From a virus, in IMG/VR virus record IMGVR_UViG_3300040960_001746: DNA of 64,000 nucleotides; one strand, given 5' to 3'. The translations under genes were made by a program, and so were the position numbers. This document shows positions 7,374-18,700 of this stretch, one piece after another; position 1 is the stretch's first letter, and each line of letters begins with the position of its first letter. The notes below the pieces were generated by a model, which worked only from the letters and a program-made list of their open reading frames with translations, ran no database searches and was not told where the DNA came from.

Positions 7374-8669
7374 TTATATAACAATTTGTACGTCAAAGAC
7401 TACAAAATCGTTCTTCTTTTTAACTATGTGTCTGTCTGTTTTACCAATTGCTAAAACATTACCTGCCACATCTGTAATAGCCACTTCACTAATTCTAACA
7501 TCGTCAGTAACAGTTAGAGTTTCATTTTGTGAATTGTAAAACTCACCTCTCGCCGCAATACATACAATGTTTTGAACTAAATCTTTTTGTACACTATCTA
7601 CAACACAATTATAAGTACCACTAACATAATAGTAAAGTCCTAATGAATTAATTACTGTTTTAGTTGCTGGATCACCGACAAAATCAGTTGCGACATTATT
7701 AACAATGGTTTGATCTGTAATTGCAAAAATACCTTTATCTAAATAAACCACACCCGCAATTTTGTCCGCATTTATTCCTGTAGATGAAATAGTTTGTACA
7801 TTTATTAATTCTTTGTTGTTTAAACTAAATGGTTTAAATGAATCATACCCAGTTGCCCAACTCTTAGAAGAATCATTGTTAGGTTTCTGTATATCATCAG
7901 AAACTAAATAAGAGACATTGATTTTTCTTTTAAATAATGTTTGTGGATAACTACTTCTATCAATATAATCTGAATCTAAATCTGTTTTAGGTATTGTAGT
8001 TTTAGGATATGTAGAATATAATGTATATGTAGTTAATCCAGTAGGTGTACCCCCAGTTGTGTAACCAGTATAAACAGGTATTTCCAATTTAACTGACTTA
8101 CCATCTATAATCTCACCATATTTGTCGTTGTCGATTACACCCATAAGTACATTACTCACACCTAAACCACTAAATGATGTATCTGACCACCCTCCGTTTT
8201 GTGATGTAGTACCAGTAAACACATTAACATCTGCCTTTTTTATCGGTAGAGATAAACTTTTAAAATAATTAGTATCGTCACTACTAGTGTCTGTCTTATC
8301 TAATTGTACATAAGTAAGAGAATTACCACTAACTGTGTTTTCACCTACTTTTTTAATTTCCATATTAATATTACTAGAATTACTTTCTACTAATTTTTTA
8401 GTGGTTGGTGCAACTGTGACAAATAATTTACTACCAATACCTACATTCTCAAATATGTTATCGTTAGTTGTACTATTCACACCTAAATTACCACTATTTG
8501 TAGGTATCTTCCCAGTTGTTAGTTTTTCACTTGTGTTATAATTTGCGTCAGAGTCACCCAAAATAAAATGAGTGAAGATAGTATTGTTGTTTGTCAATAT
8601 CTTCTCTCTTCCAAGATTAGTTAATCTCGCTCTGATTGTTACTGTAGTTGCACTATCTATAAATCCCAT
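7374..8669 (-). CDS. Virion baseplate or tail-fibre attachment protein (paralog of the next gene)
   Basis: N-terminal RARLTNLGRE...FILGDSD and C-terminal ISEVAITD..GNVLAIGK resemble tail-collar/fibre-base motifs. Confidence 0.6.
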   Translation of the reverse strand: MGFIDSATTVTIRARLTNLGREKILTNNNTIFTHFILGDSDANYNTSEKLTTGKIPTNSGNLGVNSTTNDNIFENVGIGSKLFVTVAPTTKKLVESNSSNINMEIKKVGENTVSGNSLTYVQLDKTDTSSDDTNYFKSLSLPIKKADVNVFTGTTSQNGGWSDTSFSGLGVSNVLMGVIDNDKYGEIIDGKSVKLEIPVYTGYTTGGTPTGLTTYTLYSTYPKTTIPKTDLDSDYIDRSSYPQTLFKRKINVSYLVSDDIQKPNNDSSKSWATGYDSFKPFSLNNKELINVQTISSTGINADKIAGVVYLDKGIFAITDQTIVNNVATDFVGDPATKTVINSLGLYYYVSGTYNCVVDSVQKDLVQNIVCIAARGEFYNSQNETLTVTDDVRISEVAITDVAGNVLAIGKTDRHIVKKKNDFVVFDVQIVI

Positions 8670-8679
8670 TTTTTATTAT

Positions 8680-10920
8680 TTAAAAGTCTATTGTTAATTC
8701 TATTGATGCGGTAGTAGAATCTGCCAATCTAATAGGTCTAGACAACTTACCAACCAATACTAAATTATTGTTATTATCTAACACACCTATCTCACTAACA
8801 TATCTATCTAAACCAAAGTCATATGTAGTATTACTACTAGATGCAATTGTTGCTCCATCTATGTTTATATTAAATAGTGATTTATATATTGTCGCCGCAA
8901 TATGTGTTCTTAAATTACCATAGAATAATCTTTCATCTCCAAAAGTCATCTTACCATAATATTGTGCGGTTGACATATCTAATTCCTCACCTAAATTAAA
9001 TTGTGTTCCACCAGTATATAAAGAACCTGTTAATATAAATCCTGTTGTGTTTGGATTTTGGTTCTGTAGTAATAGTGGGTTAATTGTTTCCCCACTATTT
9101 CCTGTGATGTTTGTAGATGTAAAGTCAACAACCTTCCATCCCGATGGGGAAGGTCTATTTTGTGTATCTCTATTTATTACTTGTGCTAGAACTTTAAATG
9201 AATCCGCAAAGAAACCATAACCATCATATCCAGAATCTTCTCTTTTTCTCATATATGGTAAATGATTAACGTTATCTATCCTAAACTGAACGTCTTTATC
9301 AGAACTTGTTTTGTTGTCGATAACTGTATATCTCTGACAAGGTAGTGTAGGTGTGGTAACCGTTGTCGTACCTGTTGATCCTGTACCAACATTCTCTAAC
9401 CAATAAGTCATAAACAATGTTTCACCCGCTTTTAACACTCCAGTACAATTACCATTAACTGATGTAACTAATTCTGCAGATAAGTCAGGTAGTGTATAGT
9501 TTCTGTTCGATTTGTATGACATCGCAGCAACCAACTCTTCATTATCTATAACAACAATTTTTAATTGTGGGAATATTTTACCAACTACTAATGGCATTGT
9601 AGGTGTCACCGACATACCACTATACTCAATTAAATCATAATACTCAACATCATTATTAGATGACAATGTTTTCTTAATTGTATCTGAAGTAAATCTCATA
9701 CCTAATGTAGTACCACTCGCAGTACCTACATCATTTCTTCTGTGCCACATAACAGGTATATCTAAATTCAATAATTTACCTGTTTCCTCATCGATATAGA
9801 ATTGTTCTCCGTAGAAATTCGATATACAACTATTAGAATAATGTAAAATAGATATTGATTTCTTATAAGGATCAATATAACTTATAGGTTGATCAGTACC
9901 ACATATTGATGTTGCATCATTTGTGTTACAAACTAAATTTTCATTATATCCTAAATATTGTTTAGAACCTGTAAATTGTTCTGAACCAAACAAATTATGT
10001 TCGTGATAATTAACAGGAGAATCTTTGTAAAGTCCCGCAGGGTTTTCTGTCCACACATTATTCATATTCCACACTGGAATATTTTCATTACATATATCAC
10101 AACTACTATCAAATGATAATGTACCTGTGTTCCAATACGCCGCCAATGAATTTGTCCCATAGTAATCATCTGTAGGGTTATCACCACCAGGTAAAGTATA
10201 GTATGTAATTACCGTTCCCGAATATGCGTTTAACGTTGGTAAAACTCTATCCACTTTAATTGTAGAACCACTAATAGATGTAATATTATATGTAGTATTT
10301 ATTGTCGCCGCAGTCATTGTAGTTCCTGTTTGACTACCTAATGTTGGGTTTGTAAATCTAAATATAATATAATCATTAACTTCTGTGTTAGTTAATGTAA
10401 TACCTGATAACACACCTTGTGTGAAAGTAGTAACATCTATAGAACCATCAAAATTAACTAAATCTATTGTCCCAGTTTCTTTAATGAAATCTGTTCCTGT
10501 TTGTGGTATTAATCCTGTATCTACTGTGGATCCTGAAAAGAATCCTCTGTCATCCGCTTCATTAGTAACTACACCTTTAATTAATTGTATATTACTTTGT
10601 TGATTTAGAGGAAATATGAATTGGTTACTTTGATTTAAAAGGAATGAAGAAAAGAATGGGTTATCGTCTTTTGGCCTTAATACTTTTGAGAATATTTTTT
10701 TAACTATATTACCGTCCGCCTCAGGAAACCAAAATTCTCCTGTCGTTGCACCTTCGTTGGGTACAAATTCACTCCATCCTTTAACATAATTATAGTCGAC
10801 TTCTGAATCGCCAATCATATAATTAGTAAAGGTTAATTGTCCTTTTGCTAATTGTTCTCTACCTATATCAGTTAGTTTAACTCTTACTAAGGTAGTATCT
10901 TGTTTATTAATGTAACTCAT
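8680..10920 (-). CDS. Virion baseplate or tail-fibre attachment protein
   Basis: N-terminal VKLTDIGREQLA...IGDSEVDY and C-terminal VSEIGVLD..NNLVLVGKLSRPI. Confidence 0.6.
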   Translation of the reverse strand: MSYINKQDTTLVRVKLTDIGREQLAKGQLTFTNYMIGDSEVDYNYVKGWSEFVPNEGATTGEFWFPEADGNIVKKIFSKVLRPKDDNPFFSSFLLNQSNQFIFPLNQQSNIQLIKGVVTNEADDRGFFSGSTVDTGLIPQTGTDFIKETGTIDLVNFDGSIDVTTFTQGVLSGITLTNTEVNDYIIFRFTNPTLGSQTGTTMTAATINTTYNITSISGSTIKVDRVLPTLNAYSGTVITYYTLPGGDNPTDDYYGTNSLAAYWNTGTLSFDSSCDICNENIPVWNMNNVWTENPAGLYKDSPVNYHEHNLFGSEQFTGSKQYLGYNENLVCNTNDATSICGTDQPISYIDPYKKSISILHYSNSCISNFYGEQFYIDEETGKLLNLDIPVMWHRRNDVGTASGTTLGMRFTSDTIKKTLSSNNDVEYYDLIEYSGMSVTPTMPLVVGKIFPQLKIVVIDNEELVAAMSYKSNRNYTLPDLSAELVTSVNGNCTGVLKAGETLFMTYWLENVGTGSTGTTTVTTPTLPCQRYTVIDNKTSSDKDVQFRIDNVNHLPYMRKREDSGYDGYGFFADSFKVLAQVINRDTQNRPSPSGWKVVDFTSTNITGNSGETINPLLLQNQNPNTTGFILTGSLYTGGTQFNLGEELDMSTAQYYGKMTFGDERLFYGNLRTHIAATIYKSLFNINIDGATIASSSNTTYDFGLDRYVSEIGVLDNNNNLVLVGKLSRPIRLADSTTASIELTIDF

Positions 10921-10962
10921 TTCCTCTTTTATTTATTAATAAATATATCAAATATTATTATT

Positions 10963-13869
10963 TTAATATGATTGTCCACTATTAAATTGTATTTCTATTT
11001 CATTTACATCACTATAGTTTACACTATAAATAGTTTCACCAATAATAGGGGTATAAAATTTTTCATTTTTAACCCTATATATAAATTTATCACCTGCAAC
11101 CGCATTTGTCAATGTTATAGTATTACTATATGTTTTTTGTCCTATAATATAATCGACAATAAAACTGTATTCTATTGATTCAAAAAATTCGTCACTAGGA
11201 TCAGTCACTTCTATTGTAAACCTACCAAATGTTTGTGTTGGTGCATCGTTGATAGACCAACTAATTGTGGGTGTATTATTAGGTACTAACCCATTTATCG
11301 CAGCGGTGGGAACATAAAACGCTTCTATTATATCACCAACAACTAAATCATCTTCAAATATAATTCTTCTACTATCAGATATAGATAAGTAATATTCAAT
11401 ATCTTTACTTAATATTGTACCATTTAAAGATAAAACAACATCACTATTAGGAACACTAGTTAAATAAAATTCATATCTATTTTGTGTGGTATTATAAAAT
11501 ACTCTATCAGTAGATAATTGGGTACCAGTTGCACCGCTTTCTATTGTCCTAGATATTGTATATAAATCTGCCAATAAATCATTACTACCACCATTATTAA
11601 CATAAGCATATGTTAAAACTTGATTAGGTAATGGATTAAATAATAACTTAATATATGGTGTAGTAGCAGAGGTAACTGCACTATATTCAATGTTCTTAGC
11701 CAAAACAGAACCATTATATGAAACTATTGGATCAGATAATCCATTTACTATATATTCAGTAACCCCACTTTCAGTAAATCTACTTTGTACTACTAAGTTA
11801 CCAGTATCTTGTGGTTGTGGTGCAACGGAACTATTAAACAATGGTTTTTCTGATTCAAATAGAGATAAGAAATACCAATCCGTTTCAGGTACATATAAAC
11901 CATATAAGTTACCTCTTTTATAAGTATCAATACTATTTTTTATAACTTTTTGTTTCTTAGATAGTAAAGTATTAACATTGTAACTCCAATAAGTTTTTAT
12001 TAAGAATTCACCCTCACCTATATTCAATGTAGGTACGTATATAGTATTGTTAGTATTGGCAGTTAACTCTTTATAGTCTATGGTAAAGTTGGATAATGCT
12101 GATTTAGTAAACTGACTAATACTTTGATCGTACCCATATACTTCACCGAATAATGAAAGTTTTTTGGGTTCTATTACGTTATTAACATTATTTACTAAAA
12201 CGTCAAATAAGTATCCTGTCCTACTTTTAGGTACAATATATACTGACCTATCACAAGAAATAGATTTATCTGTTATCATATTAGGTAATCCCCAATATGA
12301 TGATGTACCTGTAATACCACTATTAATTAAAGATAACCCATCACTTTCAAAATTACATTGTACACCCAAACCATTAGGTCTATGTATAATGTGTAAATTA
12401 GTATTGTTATAGTCTGCAAGGTAGATTCTCTCATCTGGTGCTAATTGTAACGCCCCAAAACTCGCCCCACTAATATTACCCACCTCAATTACGTTATCTA
12501 TCATTTCAGTAGATGAAGTATAACTTAAATCAAACTGATATACTTTTTCACCCGCACCTTCACTAACATAAAACTTAGAAGAATCTGAAGAAAATTCCAA
12601 ACCATAAGGCCCAACATCAAAAGTCATTCCCGTTAGTGATATAAAATTACTTAACGTACCACCTGTGACATCAAAATCAAAAATGTCTATAATATCCTCA
12701 TCATATAGTAAAGATATTAATTTAGAACAATCGGGAGATGTTTTCATATAACCTCTCGCAGTATTGTGTGTAGAACCGATATTTGTGATTATCGGTCCAC
12801 TTAATCCCGTAGAAGATAATTTATATGTATAATATGATGTATCGCCACTTGTATGAGTTATAATCCAATAAGAGTCTTCAGATGTATTATTACACGCAGT
12901 AACTTTTTCAGTTAATGGTGAATTAATAAGTTTAATGTTTTTAGTTTCTACCTCACCCTCACCATTCTGTAATTCCATATTAACTATAGAATATTCAAAA
13001 CCATTAGGACTTCCGTTGTAATCTGTTGTAAACAAATAATACTTATTGGACTCTGGTTTAGGAACAATAACAACTGATTGCGTTGAGGTTCCTGAACTAG
13101 ATAACCCTGTACCGTTAGTCATAATTGTATTTCCACTAGTGTATACTGTTTCCCCATTTGTATAAAATAATAGTTGTCCTTCTCTGTTAGATATTGATGC
13201 AACACCTTCTTGTGATTCCATCGCCCCACTTAATATAACTGGTGTCCCACCACTTTGTATTGGGTTAAAAGATATTCCAGAATTTTTACCAAAGAACCAA
13301 TTGTAATTCATTCTATCATATGTCTCTCCTGTATATGTCACAGGACCACATAAAGTATCTGCGGTAGTTGCAGGAATCTTTCTAACACCTCTTATTGTAA
13401 CTTGTGGAAAATCAAAACTATCAAAGTCCGATCTTTCTATATGATTATATTTCGCCCTATTACTTACAGGTTCCCAACCATAGTTGTTACTTTCATTTCT
13501 ACTAGATAATAATTGATATTTTTTACCATTATCTATATAAAGTATTTCATTGTTCTCAGTAATTTCTACCTCAGAATTTGAGTCACTTACATTACCTGAA
13601 AAATTTAATGGTATTGTTTTTTCTGTTAATCTATTTCTAAATATGGATTGTCCATATTTATTAGGTTTCGATAATAAAAATATATCATCTATTCTCGATA
13701 AGTCTGTAGGTAGGAATAATGATTTTTCTGTTTTTAAAAATGTGGACGTAGAGGATGCCTGATAATTCATATCAGTACCAATATTTAAATTAATAGGTGA
13801 CTCAATTTCAGTTATTACTTCACCTCCTATCGATATTGGATTTACTATTTTACCTCTTATTCCTGCCAT
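10963..13869 (-). CDS. Large virion protein with a Bacteroidota-type beta-propeller
   Basis: NWFFG..SGISF, EGVASIS...GQLLFYTNG, SSTQSVVIVPKP, MKTSPD, YGLEFSSD, ALQLAPDERIY and GLPN; C-terminal V..NG..L..DIEY repeats. Confidence 0.65.
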   Translation of the reverse strand: MAGIRGKIVNPISIGGEVITEIESPINLNIGTDMNYQASSTSTFLKTEKSLFLPTDLSRIDDIFLLSKPNKYGQSIFRNRLTEKTIPLNFSGNVSDSNSEVEITENNEILYIDNGKKYQLLSSRNESNNYGWEPVSNRAKYNHIERSDFDSFDFPQVTIRGVRKIPATTADTLCGPVTYTGETYDRMNYNWFFGKNSGISFNPIQSGGTPVILSGAMESQEGVASISNREGQLLFYTNGETVYTSGNTIMTNGTGLSSSGTSTQSVVIVPKPESNKYYLFTTDYNGSPNGFEYSIVNMELQNGEGEVETKNIKLINSPLTEKVTACNNTSEDSYWIITHTSGDTSYYTYKLSSTGLSGPIITNIGSTHNTARGYMKTSPDCSKLISLLYDEDIIDIFDFDVTGGTLSNFISLTGMTFDVGPYGLEFSSDSSKFYVSEGAGEKVYQFDLSYTSSTEMIDNVIEVGNISGASFGALQLAPDERIYLADYNNTNLHIIHRPNGLGVQCNFESDGLSLINSGITGTSSYWGLPNMITDKSISCDRSVYIVPKSRTGYLFDVLVNNVNNVIEPKKLSLFGEVYGYDQSISQFTKSALSNFTIDYKELTANTNNTIYVPTLNIGEGEFLIKTYWSYNVNTLLSKKQKVIKNSIDTYKRGNLYGLYVPETDWYFLSLFESEKPLFNSSVAPQPQDTGNLVVQSRFTESGVTEYIVNGLSDPIVSYNGSVLAKNIEYSAVTSATTPYIKLLFNPLPNQVLTYAYVNNGGSNDLLADLYTISRTIESGATGTQLSTDRVFYNTTQNRYEFYLTSVPNSDVVLSLNGTILSKDIEYYLSISDSRRIIFEDDLVVGDIIEAFYVPTAAINGLVPNNTPTISWSINDAPTQTFGRFTIEVTDPSDEFFESIEYSFIVDYIIGQKTYSNTITLTNAVAGDKFIYRVKNEKFYTPIIGETIYSVNYSDVNEIEIQFNSGQSY

Positions 13870-13878
13870 AGTTTAAGT

Positions 13879-15705
13879 TTAAGATGCGACAAAATTATTA
13901 CCCCCAATAATAATCCATCCAGATGTACCTCCATATAGTAATTGTACCGATTCACCAACCGAAGTTAGTGTTACTGCACTATACCCTAGAAAATCACCGC
14001 CTATAGTAGTATTCACACCCAAATTGGCATCAACATAAATCATTATTTTTTGCCCCCTACTACCATTAGGTAATGTAACATTGTTTGTTCCAGTTATTCT
14101 AACCCCAATTGTTGAGACTCCTCCTGAAATTGTTAATGTCCCATCACCATTTATTGTAGAAACACCTAACTCTCTGACTTCACCATTAATTTCTAAACTA
14201 GGGACATATACAAAATCATCTTCTGTACGTGTCAAATTACTACCACCCAAAATAGCACTATTAGTACCAGTAACAGTAGAGTTTGTGGAAAAAACAAATG
14301 ATGTCTCCCCACTCGCAACTGAAGTATCCCCACCAGCAAAACTATTCAACCCTATAGATTGACATCTATTGTTTTGTGCGTGAGAATAATCACCACTAGC
14401 AACAGATAAATTACCTTCCGCATGTGATCCTGCACCACTAGCAGTAGTAGTATTACCTTCTGCAATTGAAAAGTTACCACTTGCCGTATTTCTATTACCT
14501 AAAGATACTGAAGCATTACCGTTAGATCTATTTTGATTACCTAACGATATGGAGTATGTACCATCAGCTTGATTTTGAAAACCAAAAGCAAAGGAAGTTG
14601 TTCCAGTCGCTGATGATGTAACTGATTGTATACTATCGTTAACTGTAATTGGTGAACAACCATATAGATTGGTTACATATAGGTCTGTAATACAATCTCC
14701 TGATGTATTACCTGTGAATGTATCAGTAACACCTGTTATATTAACAAAGTTACCATCATTTCTTAATAGCGATAATGTATTTGTTGTGTCGTTAAAGGTT
14801 CCAGCGATAACAAACGTATCTGTAATTCCTGTTACATCGAATGTTCCACCACTAGTATTTGTAAATGTAATTGTATCTGTATTGTTATCAAAAGTTCCTC
14901 CTGTTACATATATATCAGAAACTGACCCGGTAGTCCCTGTAACAACATTACCACTAGAATCTAAACCTAAATTAATAAGAGGAGTACCACTCAATATAGT
15001 CCCAATGTTTAATGATCCACTAATTTTTGTATTACCACTAACATCTAAAACCTCTGTAGGTGATGTAGTACCAATACCAACCCTATTATTAGTCAAATCT
15101 ATTGTAACACCACTTGTTGAACCGAAATAAATATTACCTTCATCCAACGGATTAATGTTTAATGGAGAACAAGAATGTATGTTTGATACATATAAATCAT
15201 TCACACAATCACCAGAATTACCAATAGTTGTAACTGAAATGGTATTCGCAGTAAAATCATCTATAGTACCTGTGGATGCACTTAATCCAGGATCGAACAA
15301 CCACGTACCATTCGAATCTGTATAAATTCTAGAATCTACACCATTACTTTGCCCGTCTTCCAATGTGATTCCACCACCTATCGCAGTTAAATGTGTTCCA
15401 CTATAATTTAATACAATGTTATTATCTTTTGATTGAATTACTTCTGTGTTTATCGTTGTTGCAGAACCATTAATAATTACATTACCATTGATCGTTATTG
15501 CGGAAGTACACGCATTAACCGTATCTAATAAAAGTGGTGTACTACAAGTATAGGAACTAAATCCATTAAATAGTTGTTCAACACTACCCTTATAAGATGA
15601 CCCTGCAGGACTTTGTGATGTATCACCAGTTACCACAAAATGTAGTAAATCTGTTAGTGTTACACCACTAATTAGTTGTCTATCGGTTAGTCTTTGTTTT
15701 GGCAT
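13879..15705 (-). CDS. Tail fibre / receptor-binding protein with YadA-head-like repeats
   Basis: VGIGTTSP..LDVSGN motif; ~14-aa repeats ASGNFSIAEGNTTT, ASGAGSHAEGNLSV and ASGDYSHAQNNRCQ; Thr/Gly-rich. Confidence 0.75.
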   Translation of the reverse strand: MPKQRLTDRQLISGVTLTDLLHFVVTGDTSQSPAGSSYKGSVEQLFNGFSSYTCSTPLLLDTVNACTSAITINGNVIINGSATTINTEVIQSKDNNIVLNYSGTHLTAIGGGITLEDGQSNGVDSRIYTDSNGTWLFDPGLSASTGTIDDFTANTISVTTIGNSGDCVNDLYVSNIHSCSPLNINPLDEGNIYFGSTSGVTIDLTNNRVGIGTTSPTEVLDVSGNTKISGSLNIGTILSGTPLINLGLDSSGNVVTGTTGSVSDIYVTGGTFDNNTDTITFTNTSGGTFDVTGITDTFVIAGTFNDTTNTLSLLRNDGNFVNITGVTDTFTGNTSGDCITDLYVTNLYGCSPITVNDSIQSVTSSATGTTSFAFGFQNQADGTYSISLGNQNRSNGNASVSLGNRNTASGNFSIAEGNTTTASGAGSHAEGNLSVASGDYSHAQNNRCQSIGLNSFAGGDTSVASGETSFVFSTNSTVTGTNSAILGGSNLTRTEDDFVYVPSLEINGEVRELGVSTINGDGTLTISGGVSTIGVRITGTNNVTLPNGSRGQKIMIYVDANLGVNTTIGGDFLGYSAVTLTSVGESVQLLYGGTSGWIIIGGNNFVAS

Positions 15706-15721
15706 CTTATTTCTTTTTTAT

Positions 15722-15729
15722 TATAAATA
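15722..15729 (-). promoter_or_regulatory. Putative late-promoter motif TATTTATA
   Basis: Intergenic, 16 nt upstream of the tail-fibre ATG; the motif recurs before many structural genes. Confidence 0.55.
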
Positions 15730-15740
15730 TTTCATATTAT

Positions 15741-18700
15741 TTAATTCTCACAATTATGTATTAATTCTTGGTTATAATAGAACCCAGATATCTGAGTTGG
15801 TGGTAGTGTTTTTGTAAACTCTGGCGGATCAAAATCAGGGTCACCAAATATCTCTACGTTACCCTCATATTCATTACTGTCATATATTTGTGTTATAAAC
15901 ACTGTATTATAATCACTTACTAATGTATTCGCCTTTCTAACACATTTAGTATACTTATCTCTAAGTCCCGCAATAAAGTTTCTTTGTGTTTCATATGCAG
16001 TAGTACCTTGTGTAAATCCAGATAAATTATTTTGTGCATTTATTAGGTTTTGAGTTATACCACTACAACTCATAAAGTTCATATAATAATTTTGTTGTTG
16101 TTGTAGATATTCATTTTCTAATTCATCTAATTGTGTATTTAAATCTATTAACTCTTGATTTAAATTATCTAATTCACTATTAAGTAAATCAATTTGACTT
16201 TGTTGTGCGTCTATTAAATCTTGTAAATTCGGTGTATCTAAATCTTGTAGTCTTATTGCACATAACTTACTTTGTTCTACAGAAATTTGTTTCTTAAGTA
16301 GGGCAATCTCCAACTCTTTATTTAATATGTTAGTCTTAAGTTTTGTTATCTCAGGACTTGATGGATATATAGGTTTTTGTTCTACTAATGAATGTTTAGT
16401 TTCAGAACCAATACTAAAGTCTGTTTGTGCGGATAATGGACAATCAACTTCAACATCTATGAAATTCAAACTATATCTCTTATAGTTAAACTTATTGTTA
16501 TCAAAAATAGTATTTCTATATATCTTACCAGAATTATCACATCCCTCCCATATAGTAGTTGCAGGTACAACTTGTTCTAATAAGTCTAACCAATAGTCAC
16601 CAATCTTATCCATAAACTCAAACATAGTATCGTATGTATATTTACCAGATAAGTCTTTACCACAATTACTTGCGTTTAGGTATAATTCATAGAACAACCT
16701 TAATAATGGATAATCAGTAATTGTTTGTCTACTCTTAACATCAATTAAATTAGTTTGTACTAATTGATCGAATACCGCTTTAATATTAATCTCTGATGGT
16801 TGTATATCTAAGTAATCTAATGGGTTAATACAAACACTGTAAGTATCTCCCGTTGCGAATCCATCAACACATTCTTTCTTCTGTCCACAATATTCACAAT
16901 CACCCTTACATTTATCACAATCATCTAATGGTTTCCAAGTACAAAAACAATTACTACTATCCCATTGATAATTTTTACCTAAACCTAATCCAGTTGCACC
17001 TTCACCATTTAATAAATCATTTAGTGATTCACAACATTCTTGATCTATACTTAATTTTTGGTTAAATGTTTGTGCGGTTACTCCTGTTCCTGATAACACC
17101 TCAGATAATACCCCACCACTATATGGTGTAGAACCTGTATATAGATAAGTTTCAAATAATGAAATTGTACCATCATAGTTTTCAGTAATGATACCGAATA
17201 AATTATTTAAACTACTATTATCATTTATAACTATAGTATCAGTACCACAATTGTTTTCTTGTATATAGAAATTATCTAATGATTCACCTTTTTCCAATAG
17301 TTGGTAATAAGTTGCATCTAAAGACTCAATATAATCAGAAGTCAATGCATAAAATTTATTCTTCAAACTTAACACACTTTGTGTCAATGAATCAGTGTAT
17401 GTAGAACAACTAAATGTTAATCCTGTTGTAACTATATCGTTAAATGATAATGTGTATCCACTACTTAATACTTCACCACTAAACACTACAGAATGTTCTG
17501 TAGACTGATCTTCGAATAAGTATGTATTACAATCTTGAAATAAGAAGTCGTCTTGATCTTCAAAAGTTTTAGAATCCTCCAAACATTTAGTAGGACAATT
17601 ATCACAATCGATATTTTTCCAATAATTAAATACATCACATTCTATTGCCTTCGCAGGGTCAATACTGAAAGTTGCATTTTTAACATTTAATATTAAATCA
17701 GAATGGTTAATATCGTAATCAGTATATCTATATTCTAAATCTAACCATAGTCTTTCTTGTTGTGCACCTAATTTAACAATTTCATAATTAGATGTAGAAC
17801 CAGTATTACAATCTCCATTAGGATATATTGTTTGTTTAACTACACCATCATCGTAATAAACCCAAGATTTTTTATTATCTATGACACAACTTAATTGTGG
17901 TACCATACAATCATTTATGGATAGTATTCTATTTGTTTGACAATCAGAAACATTTACTTGTATATTATCTACTAACAAACATAATGAACATTCATAATTC
18001 TCTAATTCTATAGAGAAGAAAAATTCTTTGTTAGGGTATAATCTTCTTAAATCGTCACATACACACTCAGGTATCGTAAACTTAAATGTTTGCCACGCTG
18101 GTTCAAACATCTCACCATTATATGGTACATTTAATTGTGATAGGTGGTTAAATATACCATCCTCAATTACCGCAATCTCTTGTTCTGTTCCTTCTAAAAT
18201 AACTCCAGTGTATCCATTTGTAGGATCCCACTCCCATATTGGGTTCACACTTTGTGTATATGGTAGATAAGTTAAACCTGTATCTATATTTGTCTGTGTA
18301 TCAACATTTGTATTATTAACAAATAATTTAAAATTAACTTTTAAGTCATCTAAGTATGAATCAAAATAACTATTGTTTTCTTCTTCATAAACTTCATAAT
18401 CTTCTACCAATGTGTTATACCAATTATCATAACATTCTTGAGTTTTTTGTTCAATAATAGGTATCTCTTGTTGTAGTTCTTCTAATGAATCTTGTAATAA
18501 TTGTAAGGAAACTAAATCACAACAAGTATCAATAACTTCAGGATCACCCCCACCTACAGTATTACTTGTAAATAAACATTCTCCATTTACAAAGTTATAT
18601 TGTCCTATTAATGGTAATGTATTTGAGTTACAACATTCTGAAGGTATGTCCTTTCCATTATATAACAATGCACCTGTGGGTGACTGAGTAAATAAAGACG

